Origin: Geosiphon pyriformis uo1
Taxonomy: Eukaryota; Fungi; Glomeromycota
Direction: 5' to 3'
Assembly: GCA_016748015.1 (NCBI GenBank)
Contig: JAAOMT010000372.1
Span: 806,001 to 870,000, forward strand
Length of the DNA stretch: 64,000 nt
In this document: piece by piece, positions 52,342 through 64,000 of the stretch
Numbering within the stretch: position 1 is the stretch's first letter
Layout: each line of letters starts with the position of its first letter
Translations under genes and position numbers: made by a program
Notes under the pieces: model-generated
What the model was told of the DNA's origin: nothing
What the model saw: the letters and a program-made list of their open reading frames with translations, nothing else
The model's database searches: none

Positions 52342-53858
52342 ATGATATCAGAGTTCTTTGGAAATTTATCGCGCGATTTTGAACAACTTCTCTATGATTT
52401 TGAAAGTTCAAATGTTATTCTTCAAGTTGGTGACCCCCCGGATAGTCGTGAGTTTCACGCTCACTTGAACATTCTTCGCGCACGATCACCATATTTTCGT
52501 AGTGCTTTCTCGGCAGACTGGATTAACAAGAAAAATAACGTAATTATTTTTAATAAGCCTAATATCGCACCAAAAATTTTTGAGTTGATACTAAAGTAAG
52601 GATTTTGAGTGGAGGTGAATTTATCTCCCAATTATTTTGAAAGTCTTACTTTTGGGAGCTTGAATAATTATCTGAGAAGAAGAAATTTTTTATCAGATAT
52701 ATTTATTCGGGGATAATTAATTTGACCAACTATGATGGGAAGAGCATTCTTGGGTTATTGGTTGCGGCCGATGAACTGCTGCTTGACGAAGTTATCAATT
52801 ACGTCCAAGAACATTTAATCGAGAACCGGAACAAATGGCTCTCAGAAAATTTAATTTTCGTTTTACACACTATTTTCCCACTACATTCATGCGAAAGGCT
52901 GCAAGAATATTGCCTGGAATATATTTGTGGAGATCCTAGGCCATTTTTTGAATCACAGAAATTTCCATCCTTGAATAAAGATATTCTTTTTACACTGCTT
53001 CAACGAGACGATCTCGGACTTGAAGAAGATTTGATTTGGGTCAACTTATTAAGGTGGGCTTGCGGACAATCATCTTCACTAGTTTCTCAAAAAGATATTT
53101 TGCAACAATGGTCCATTGAGGATTTTCAGACTTTAGGGAAAATATTGGCTCCGTGTTTGCCATTTATTCGATTTTTTGAAATATCGTCATCAGATTATTA
53201 TGATAAAGTGAGACCATATGAAAAAGCTCTGCCGACCAAATTATTGGACGAGATTATGGCCTTTCATATGAAAGGCCTAGAACCAAAGTTGGAATTACCA
53301 CCAAGAGTAGGATCCATCCGATTGGATTCTACAATTCTTACGTCCAGACATGTCGCTCTTCTGGCAAGTTGGATTGATCAAAAAGATCATCGATCGGCAT
53401 TATACAAAAGATCACCATATGATTTTAAATTGTTGTATCGTGCCAGTCGTGATGAGTTTAGTGTAACACAATTTCATCAAAAATGCAATAACAAAGGAGC
53501 CGCGGTGGTGGTTCTAAAAGTTCAAGATTCCATGAAAATAATAGGGGGTTATAATCCAATCGGCTGGGTAAGTAATATATTCGGATGGCGCGCCTCACCT
53601 GAAAGTTTTATTTTCTCTTTGGGGACAAGAATTGTCCATGAATTACCGCTCTTAAGTCGATTTCGTTCTATGAGTGGGCATGCAATTTTTGATGCTGATA
53701 TCGTGGGGCCCTATTTTGGAAGGGGGGATCTGTACGTCCATCATCCCAACTTGAGCACTTTCTCTTGCAAAAAACATAGCTACGAACATCAGATCATGGA
53801 ATCTACACGTAATTATAATGTCGAAGAAATTGAAGTTTTTCAAGTCATCAGAAAATAA
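52342..53858 (+). CDS. BTB/POZ-BACK-TLDc domain protein (intron 52596-52696)
   Basis: BTB FHAHLNILRARSPYFRSA; BACK-like LLQRDDLGLEEDLIW; TLDc LLYRASRD..FHQKCNNKG, IIGGYNP, GPYFG, EEIEVFQV. This family is expanded in Glomeromycotina. Confidence 0.92.
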
Positions 53859-54579
53859 GTCCTTTAAAAAAGCGTTTTCAGAATGTTTTGAGTTCACGTT
53901 AGAGTGAAGTTGCAACAAATAGTAAAGAATCTGCATTCTATAGAAGTATTATAATAAATAGGGTTAAGGAACATGTTAACATAATAAAATTACATTATAC
54001 AGGAAGAATTGAGCTAGAATAATAAATTTACATTTTATATTCGATCAACTGGATAAATTCTTTAATGACCGTGATTCAGAGCAACTTGTTTACAACGCTT
54101 CGCACAAAATTAAAACATACCTTAGACTTATCAAGATGAAAATCAACGCGAGAATTGATGAACATTTTTTATATATAATTCCCTTAAACAAGTTTCCACG
54201 AGATGTGATATTCATTTTCTTTATAAGCTTTTTTTTTAAAAACTCAGAATCTAGGATTTGCAAAAAGGCGATCAATTCTACAATATAATGCTAATCATCT
54301 AAAGAAAGAATTAATTTGATTTTATATTTATAGGACATTCTATAAGAAATAATAAAATGAAAGTGTTTTTATTAAAAAATGTTCCTTAAATTTTGGCAAA
54401 TGCAACTTAAAAACAATCCCAATGAATCGAGGCTGATGTCCAAAGCTCTTTACTTTTCTAAAATTGTATATTTTTATCCCAGGTTTGGACTTCAAGGATA
54501 TAATCTTGGGAAATTTTTAACTTTCGGTCTTTCCTCGCTGAATTAGTTTTCTTTTCTGTTCTAGAGGTTTTCCTATAGA

Positions 54580-55164
54580 TTACCCACTTGTTCGTGTAGT
54601 CTCCCTTCGTGATTTTTGTAGTAGCCTGAGGTCATTAATAAATTTTCGTTCTCTCGTAATCAGATTTTGAAAAGAAGTGTCTAGTTTATCAAATTTTTGA
54701 TTTAAATTTTGCCATATTTCTTCATGAACTTTTACACTTTGATCGAAGCTCTTTTTGAACTCCCGCCGCTCTCGCTCGAATTCCTTGTTAAGAGCATCGA
54801 TTTTTTGACGATGATTCATTTTAGCGGTCCTATTATCTTTCGGACATGCTTGGTTTCGACGAATTTCCTTACTATTATTACTTTTACTTTCTTCTTCGCG
54901 AAGTCCTTTCCCTTTGGGCTGGCTATGAGTCTTTGAATCTTGTTCTTCTCCATTCATAGGCTGACCCGCTTTTAGGCCTGTTTGCTCTGGTAAATCCTTT
55001 GTTATTTTTCTCTCATTTCCCTTTTGAGCCGTCCGATAGCTTTCATAATAAGGACGCCCAAAAAAGGCTCCTACTCCAACGAGAGAAATACCGGCAGTAG
55101 CCGCTAATGCGAATGGATGACTTGAGAGCCCATGAACAAAGTGACGCACAATGTTGCTAAACAT
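54580..55164 (-). CDS. Hypothetical 194-aa protein with one N-terminal TM segment and a C-terminal coiled-coil
   Basis: Uninterrupted ORF from ATG 55164 with gene-like CpG content; hydrophobic FALAATAGISLVGVGAFF; heptad-like C-terminus. Confidence 0.65.
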   Translation of the reverse strand: MFSNIVRHFVHGLSSHPFALAATAGISLVGVGAFFGRPYYESYRTAQKGNERKITKDLPEQTGLKAGQPMNGEEQDSKTHSQPKGKGLREEESKSNNSKEIRRNQACPKDNRTAKMNHRQKIDALNKEFERERREFKKSFDQSVKVHEEIWQNLNQKFDKLDTSFQNLITRERKFINDLRLLQKSRRETTRTSG

Positions 55165-57319
55165 CTTGGACGGAATGGATAACGACAACCAAAAGTAATG
55201 CGTGTCGTGAAAATAAAGTCTTAATGATGTTTGACAAAAAGAAGTAATTGTTATAAAAAGCTCGGGGGTTTTAGTAATGGTAAAGTAATATTCAGTTGTT
55301 AAAGGTCGTCCGATCTCATAATATAGTGCGACCGATTTAATCCTTATGAACAATGGACACTGCTAACTGCTATCGTGCCCATGCACATATGGCATAAAAT
55401 AAAACCAGTGAATGGAAAGGAATTGACCAATATAGAAAGTTACCAGACGTCCTCTCAACAAAAAGAGGAATTAACAAATGCTGTCGAGGTTCCCTAAATA
55501 TTGTTGACAAATAAAATTTCAGATACATCAGGTTTTTTAATTCTTGTCATCTGTATTAATAAATGAGATTTAAACAAAACGAGCAAAATACGACATATTG
55601 ATGCAAAAGAAAACTTGACGAAATTTCTCTAGCGCGCATATTAGATTTTATTAGGAAACACTTATTAGCGCAAAACTTCCGCCATGATATAAAAGGTGCA
55701 GAATCGCAAGGTGACATGTAATTTATGATTCTTTTTGTAGCCAATCAATCTCAATTGATTTAACTTGGCATGAGTTAGAGAAAATTAGTTTTATATACCT
55801 AAATTTCTATGGCTGCAAGAAAGTGAACGTAACGTTATCACCAAAAGTGGCTTGGCTCATTGCAAAAAGAGGACAAATCTGCAGATCGTAGCACTAAGGC
55901 CACTTTACGGCTTACAGTTTTCAGGTCATCTGTTGGCGGTGGAATCCACTACAGTACCACAAAGTCTGAGTTGCAGGTTTCTCTTTATGCAAAGAAAGGA
56001 TTAACATGGCTTTCAAAAGGCGACTGAAATGGTTCCAGCTGCATGGCTCCAAAAAAGAAAAAAAATCGGCTAAAAAACAATAAAAAAACTCAAGTGTAAT
56101 TGTAAATAAATAAATAGCAGTCAAATAAAAATTATGTTGCTTCCATGCAACATACTGTGAATTGATGGAGTGCTTAAAAGTTTATTTGTTTTTGTAGTTA
56201 AATCTTGTCTTTAAAAATATTTATTGTTAATGCAATTAGTAAACATAGTTTTTATCAAATGCCAAATTAAAGTAAAAAAGTCTGTTTGGATTATATGTCA
56301 AAATTAATAATGATTGGTTTTGCAAAAAAAGCCGCACAAATAAATTGTTTATGTTAATAATCTTTTTAAAAAATTTAATTACAGTATAAAAAATTTATTT
56401 TTAAAATAATTTAAATTTTTTAACATAATGCTTATTATTAATAATAATTTTAAATTGTTTTTAGAAAAGTATGATAATTTTATATTTTTAATCATAAATT
56501 ATTATTATTATTTTATGTTTTAACAAAGTGTAATTTTACCAAAAACTTATAATATTTTCACTTCTAAAAATAAAATTATAAGTTTAATATATCTTTTTTA
56601 TAAATTATTTAGATCTAAACCAATAAATACTTATTTGTTTTTTAACTTAATTCTTTAATTTTACCAAAATATTCAACAAAAATCTGCTTATTTTTAACAA
56701 GTTTTTGCAATTGTTTTTTAATTACATTTTTATTAAACTTAATCTTATTTTTTATTATAGTATATATCTTATAAATTCTTTACAATTAATAACAATTAAT
56801 TTATGAACTTTAAAACTACTTATATAAAATAAATAAGTTTTTTTTGTCTTTAAATTAAATAAAGTGTTTAAATATAAAAATAATTAAATTAATAATATAT
56901 TTAATTTAAGCTTTTACAAAAGCAAGATAATTTTTAATGTTTATAATAAAATTAATTTTAACAGTTAAAAAAATAATTAAATCTACCAAAAAATTAATAT
57001 TTATAAACATAAATTTAATAACAACAAATAAATTTTGCAACTTAAATTTTAAAAAAATTAATTTAGTTTTAAATGTTTTATTATTAAAACAACCAGAACA
57101 ATTAAAATAAAACATTATCAAAAAACAATAAATTTAAACAAAAACTTAGTAAATTAATTAACAAAAATTTTAAATACAACAAAAAAATTAAAAAAAATTA
57201 ATAATTAAAAATAATATTAAAATTAATACTTTATATAAAAACCATATTTGATAAAAAAATTTTATTTATTAATATAAATATTAAAACTTAAATTATTTAA
57301 TTTTTTTATTATTAAAGTT

Positions 57320-57989
57320 TAATAAATGCAGTCCAATTGCTATCTAGTATACAGAACCAAAACTAAAAGTTCTAGCTAAATACAATTTACATTCTTTTTA
57401 CATATAACCAGTTACTTAGACCAATCAAAAACACACTATACAAATACTTTAAAAAAAAACTTATCCAAAAAAACATTCTTTAAATAATTTTAAACAATAT
57501 AGCACTATTAAGAACCAAGCTTATTAATCATTCAGCTATTTTAAAAACATTAAACTTAATATTAGCTAGTTCATGTTTTTAAAGTAACAATAAATTAAAA
57601 AACATATTATTATTAATAGCAGACAAATTTACATAAAAACCAAACATGTTAATAACTTTATAACTATATTTATTTTTTAGGACAATTATATCTTGTTTTA
57701 GTTTACTTACAGCTTTGTTAAAAATACTTATATGTATTAAAACCTTATTAACTTTTAGACTAAAAACACTGTTTAATACAAGATTACTTTTAATAAACTG
57801 TTCAAATACAATAACCAATATACTAATAGGCTTAATAATTAATTTGATTAAAACCAACAACTTAACCAAATTAGATTTCAAAGATACCAGCTAAAAAAAA
57901 TTAAAAAATTATTAACAACCATAAAAAAAAAACAAAAGCCATCAAAAAAAGAAATTCAGAAAAATTTGAAAGAACAAAGGCCTTAACAT
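57320..57989 (-). mobile_element. Decayed non-LTR element 3' end (ORF1-like coiled-coil directly followed by the LINE tail), interrupted by E4
   Basis: ORF 57579-57881 continues through stops to ~57445; tail TGATTGGTCTAAGTAACTGGTTA (~57405-57427) is shared with both LINEs. Confidence 0.6.
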
Positions 57990-58964
57990 TGTTACCAGAC
58001 AAAATTAGAGATATTATTTAGCATGAAATTATCTTATAATTCCTATCATTAATTAGCATATATTATCGTTGCAAATAATCACTTATTACATTAGCAAAAA
58101 TGTCCGAAATTATCATTTAATTAATAACCCAAATTGTACACAAAAACAAATATAACCTAATTGTAATGATCAATCATGCAATACTCCGAACTATGTAACA
58201 TTCAGAAGTTCACCGAAATTTGTAGAAATTTACTGAAATAATTGATAGTTCACTGAAATATTTAATAGTTCGCCGAAATAACTTGTAGTTCACCGAAATG
58301 TATCTTTAGTTCAGCAAAATTATAGAAAATAGCAAAGTTCAAGTTCATAGAATAGTGTTACAACAAGTTGTATAAAAGAAGAGCTTCTCTTTTCGAGAAA
58401 ATGTATCTTACTTTAGATTTATCTCTTAAAACCGTTTCTATACACACAAAAAGAAATAAATATCAAATAATTCGAAAAACCAAATTCTTTAATTATTGTA
58501 CTTGGAAAATTCCCAAAACCCAATTAACATTTTGAAATTGATTAGCTACCAATTTCAGTAAACTGTTAATGACTCCAGGCCTGGATAGAAAACGTTTCTC
58601 TTGACAAAAATTCTATTTCTTTCTTTTATTTTTCTTTTATTTTCTTATCATAATCATTAGAGTAACCTACAGACGAGATTCTTGTAGAAGAGTTGACTTT
58701 CACAGCAAAGTAACTACATATTTTTAGTGAGCTTCCAGATGAACAATTCCTGGGAAAGAGTTGACGTTTACTACAACGTAACTACATAAAGTAACTGGCA
58801 AGGAATTGACTATTCCACTTATAAGCCCAGCAGTTCAAATTATAGGAGATAATTTGAAGATAAATTCAGTTATTGGAGGTTCAACTACATCCAGAAAACG
58901 TGAATTTACAACAAACAGGCATTAACAACATTTAAAAAAAAGAGACCAAAAACCTCCAGTAACA
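57990..58964 (+). repeat. E4 5' LTR
   Basis: Terminal inverted repeats TGTTAC/GTAACA; AGTTCACCGAAAT array 58207-58320; TATAAAA ~58372; PBS follows. The partner LTR is outside the window. Confidence 0.85.
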
Positions 58965-59006
58965 TTTGGTGCTCTCCCATGAAAATAACACAGCAACAAA
59001 TTCAAA

Positions 59007-62000
59007 GTGGCGACTGCCTTAGACATCACAACCTTATAGTACTATCAATCGATTTACACACACTGCAAACAACGATTTGAAATACACGACGAAATCATAG
59101 TTTTCAAGAAAACACTTTTTTAATACATCAAAAATCGAATCAATGACTATCTCTTTGGGAACTATAACATTACAACAGTTAAAAGAGATCTTCTTGAGAA
59201 CATATTACACTATTCCAACACTGAATCAGAAAACATTAGTGCTGAAGCTTGTGCTACTTATTTTGAGGAACTCGATTATAATATCATTTGATTCTGTGAA
59301 GAAAAATATCTTGCAAATGCACAATTTGCCTTTGAACTCGAATCTGAACCTAAAACCAGTAGCAACAAAAGACAAAAAGATAACCGACCTGTTCATACAA
59401 CACCCAATACTCCCAAAATATCATTCAAACATTTACAAACACCTGAACAAGGAACCAGCTCAAAACTTTCACTTACTATTACACCTTTTCCAGCTTTACT
59501 TGCACAAGCCCAAACACTTAATTCATCTTTGAATCGATTTGCAAGACCAGAAGATTTTACATCACTCAGAAGTCCTACCAGACAACAAGAACCCTTTCAA
59601 ACTAGTTCTAATCTCCTTGATTTTCTAGCTGAAAACCAAAGTGAACACTCTGAGACAGCAGCAAATGAAGACAACAACTCTGAAATAACCGAAGAAGAAT
59701 CAATAGACAGTGAAAATGAAGAAGACGAAATGACAACATACATTGCAAAAATCCCTGAATTCAATGGAGAAGATATTGAGACCAGTCCCCAAGAATGGCT
59801 CGATCAAGTTACTAAAGCTGGAGATGCAAATGAATGAAATGCTGCCAGAATGTTAAGAACAATTCCCTACTTTCTCAAAGGAACAGTAGGAGAATGGTTT
59901 GAAAACCTTGCCGCCCCATTTAATGATTGGAACGCTTTCAAAGCAGCCTTTCTTGAACAGTTCACTGACAATAATACCTCTATCACTCTTCGCAATCATT
60001 TTCGAAATATCAAACAAGAACCCTTCGAATCTGTTATGACTTATATTGGAAAATTTAACAAACTTCTCAGATGGATTTGCCAACTCGAGACAAACGATTA
60101 TTATTCCGATGCTCAAATCTTGAATCAATTTATCGCTGGTCTAAAAGATAAACTAATTAAAAAGGTTCACCCACACACACCAGAAAATTTAAACTCTGCC
60201 ATATAGCATGCGAAAAGATACGAAATGGCCATGGAAAAGGCCAATTGTACAAAACTTGTAAATTTGGCAATTGAAAAAACCAGCTCGGCAGCTGAGAAAA
60301 AAATTGACCAACTCACAAAGAAGGTCGAAAACTATTTTACCAACCAACAACAACAACAACTCCAAAGATATCAACCACCCCAAAGATGAAATCAAAATAA
60401 CTTTGCACCACTTTCCAATAACCAGCCCCAAAATTGCCATTACAGTGGAATCTTTGGCCACTGGAAAAGAGATTGCAGAAAGCTACAGCAAGACCAACAA
60501 AACAGGGGTAATCAACATTACTCTCCACCACAGCAATCTTACTATCAACCATCACTACCAGCTTACTATCCACCAAGACCCCAATACCAAAATAACTATT
60601 ATCAGCCCACTTCACAACCAATCCAACAGCAATACCAACAACCACCCACACAATATTATCAAGTACCTACTCGAAGACTGATTACACAAAATCAATTCAC
60701 ACCACAAAACCGATACCAAGTAAACAACAATAGAATTAGTTCGAACAACCAATTGGTTCCCCAAAATTCCACTCAACCAAGATCCAACCACTACCACACT
60801 CAACCCAGTTATTTAACAATGCCAGAAGAACAGGATTTTCACTATACTGCACTCTCAGAAGGTAGAACTGCAGCACAACAACAACAAAACCCTTCTCATA
60901 ATCACACCACTATTCCACCAGCCTGAATTGCTGAAAACGCCAATCTCTCTGATATCTTTCCTTTTGAATTTGAAGCAAATGAATCACCATTCTTGCTTAG
61001 CAATGCAGCGGCTAATGAGCAAAAAGCCATCACTGCAATGTACACAGAAGCTGAAGTAGAAGGAAAGCCAATTTGCTTGATCCTAGACAGTGGATCCGCC
61101 AGAAGTATTATCACCTACCAGTTAATGCAACAGTTGAAAAGAAATGTTGACTGACCAGCTCAAATAATAATCGTTACTGCCGATGACATGAAAAAGACAC
61201 CAGTAGGAGAAATTGACAATTTTCCATTCACTCTTGATGGAATCACCATTCCAGTCAAAGTTCTTGTAATGGATACACCCCAGTACTAAGCTCTCATCAG
61301 AAATAATTGGTTTCAAAAAGCCAATGCTAATCTAAATTGGGAAACACAAGAGTTAACAATCTCCTACCAAGGACAACACGCCCGGGTACCTGCCATTTGT
61401 AGTACATTCAACAAACACTCTGAAAAAGCCCCGGCTTTTGAATTTGAACCAGAAGAAGAAAAACCAATAATCGAAACATTCATGGCTCTTGGATCAATGT
61501 CCAACTGGGCCGATGAAACAGAACAAGAACATTTTACTCTACACACTAAACCTGAAACCTTTGGATAGAATATACCTTACTCAAAACCCGAACCAAAGAA
61601 ACAATACCCCTATATTCTCCTTAAATGTAAGGACTGCCACAAAAAACTATTGTCAATGGGAGCCTGCATTTCACCTGAAGAAGAATATGAGAATCATATT
61701 TGTTATTACTGCAAGGCTTGCCACAGAGAGTGATGGGGCCATCTAATAAAAAGGAATGGAAAATGGGACAACACCTCTTGTTTGACTTGTGGAGATATAC
61801 TACCGGAAGAATGCAATTAGATTGATGTAGCAATGAGAGGAAGCATCTGTGATCAGACCTGCCAATATGCTTTATCAATTTCAGAAAAAGTAAAAAGAGG
61901 AACACCCTTTAATGCAGCATACAACAGTGCTCTCAACAAACTTTATCACTACCCTCATGATGCTGAGATGATTTTTGACCTAGCAATAGCATTAATTAAT

Positions 62001-64000
62001 GGAGCTACCAAAGAAGATATTTGTCAAATGAAGGAAGTAGAATACATTGAATACACTATGGAATTAGCTAGATTTGATTACAAAGATGAAGTAGAAGTCT
62101 ACCACCAAATTACAAGTCACACCTATCTGACCCAAGAAGCTCAAATTCAACAATTAGAGCAAATGAACATTAGGCTATGTAAAGAATGCATTATGCCTTG
62201 TGATAAACAATGGTGTCCTGAATGCTATGCTCTTAGTATCCCCTTGCCCAGTGAAAATAATGAGAATAAAATTGAATTTGGAGAACCTGAAGAAACGGAA
62301 GAAATTGAAACAACGCCCATCTACCTTATCAAAAATCAGCCTGCCTTACAACTTAAATACTTCAACAACAACGGACAAGGAATAAAACCTGAAAAAGCAC
62401 ACAAAATTGATGCTGGATATGACCTAAGATATCCAGGCAAGAATACTCTTGTTCTCAAACCCAAATCTCTCACAAAAATCATCAAAATTGCACTCAAAAT
62501 TCTGCCAGAAGCAATGGTTTAAATTGCCTCCCGGTCCTCTCTAGCAAGCAAAAGAATCAATGTCAGAGGAGGAATAATCGATGCTGGATATACTGGAGAC
62601 ATAACAGTAATGCTTCAAAATGAAACTGACAAACCATTCAAGATTGAACATGCTGAAAAAATTGCCCAAGCTATTTATCTACCCCTAATCAACATTTCGG
62701 GTTTGCAACTAGTCAATCAAAGAAAGCAATTAGGAAAGAGCAATAGAGGAACCCAAAATTTTGGTTCAACTAAACGATTCACAGTTCCAGTTAATATAGC
62801 TCTTAACACACAGAACGAATCCCACCAGATTCTCAGACTTCCACAACTGATTACCATCTCACCCTTTGGAGAACATCCAGAAATCTACACCTGCCCAAAG
62901 CCAACAACCACACAACAAATTTTTGAGTCCAATGAACAAGTCTGCTTGGAACATAATATTTCGATCCCAAACATTTATATTCCAGAAGGAACAAAGAAAG
63001 TCCGAGTTACTTTTTACAACCCCAATAATTACTTCATAATTTTATTAAATAATTTAGAAATTGGAGTTATTCACAGTAATATATTTCAACAAGAATTACC
63101 CCAAACAGTCCCCGACTTCTCTGAAATTATTGGACATTCACTACCAAAAATCAACCCAAACCCTAGCTCTAAAAACTACCATGTTGTCATGGAAAAACTA
63201 TCTCAAATCAACATAGGACAACTTGAACCACAACAACAGACTCAGCTCAAAGAACTAATTACAAAATTTGTTGATATCTTCACCGAAAACAACAATGACT
63301 TAGGAAGAACTGATTTGGTTCAACACCAAATCTATACAGGAGATGCCAAACCCAAGTGACAACAAGCCTACCGAGTTGCTCCAGAAAGTCACCAATTTAT
63401 CCGAGAAGAAGTACAACGGATGCTTAACAATGGGCTTATTCAACCATCAATGAGCCCATGAGCCTTACCTGTGGTCCTAGTTAAAAAAAAAAATGGAAAG
63501 ATATGATTTTGTGGATTACCGACAACTCAACAGTGTCATCATTGGGGATGTCTATCCTCTTCCCCGAATTAATGACATGTTGGATGCCCTTGGAAAGTCC
63601 AAATACTTTTCAACATTAGATTTAGAGAGTGAATACTGGCAAGTTGCTATAGACCCCAAAGACCGCTCCAAAACAGCATTCACCACTCAAGGAGAAAATT
63701 ACGAGTTCAATGTAATGCCTTTTGGATTATGCAATACACCAGCAACATTCCAAAGACTCATGGATGTTGTTTACAAAGGCCTCCTTTGGAAATCAGTAGT
63801 AGTTTATCTTGATGACACTGATGTTTATTTACCATCTTTTGAGCTACATTTAATTCACCTACAAGAAGTTTTTCAACGATTACGGAAAGCAGGATTGAAA
63901 CTGAACATTAAAAAATGCTACTTCAGAAAAACAAGTTTAGCTTTTTTTGGTCACATTGTTAGCAAAGATGGAATTAAACCAGACCCCGGAAAAATCAGTA
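59007..64000 (+). pseudogene. E4 Gag-PR-Cys-rich-dUTPase-RT polyprotein, decayed and partial
   Basis: Capsid from MTTYIAKIPEF ~59730; LILDSGS ~61077; AGYDL, SRSSLA, IIDAGYTG, KIAQAI; RT LDLESEYWQV, YLDD. Confidence 0.92.

Larger units (their letters stand above)
57990..64000 (+). mobile_element. E4: divergent Ty3/Gypsy element of the same group, truncated by the window end within RT
   Basis: TGTTAC...GTAACA LTR, PBS TGGTGCTCTC at 58967, then Gag, CCHC, PR, Cys-rich domain, dUTPase, RT. Confidence 0.93.

Noticed and set aside
58207-58320. Repeat-spacer pattern resembling a CRISPR array
   Set aside because: Repeats of 13 bp and spacers of ~8 bp are far too short, the array lies inside a eukaryotic LTR, and there are no cas genes.

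Overview
AT-rich fungal DNA with short GT-AG introns. It is most consistent with a Glomeromycotina (arbuscular-mycorrhizal or Geosiphon-like) genome; this is inference from the BTB-BACK-TLDc gene, base composition and TE style. Bases 1-38.9 kb are a nested, decayed TE cluster. A LINE (ORF1; APE-RT-RNaseH-ZnF) is split by LTR element E1 (4440-14560). LTR element E2 (17203-37393) carries the inverted element E3 (26762-36733) inside its 3' LTR, and a second LINE 3' fragment follows. Bases 40.6-55.2 kb form an intact gene island: an HMG-box protein, RFC3, 3-hydroxyacyl-CoA dehydrogenase, a Ypk1/Gad8 kinase, a BTB-BACK-TLDc protein and a TM/coiled-coil orphan. From 57.3 kb a probable ORF1-only LINE relative is interrupted by a divergent fourth element, E4 (57990 to window end). 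The Ty3/Gypsy elements share an unusually complex, retrovirus-like plan. In all four: an AUG-less Gag extension (probably fed by a splice that removes the PBS in E1-E3), a novel Cys-rich domain plus dUTPase between PR and RT, and family-specific repeat arrays in U3. In the three complete copies: integrase in a separate ORF behind a conserved stop, and an extra ~210-aa ORF3 with its own TATA box whose type tracks the U3 array type, suggesting an element-encoded regulator/operator system. All TE copies are inactivated, mostly by C>T/G>A transitions.
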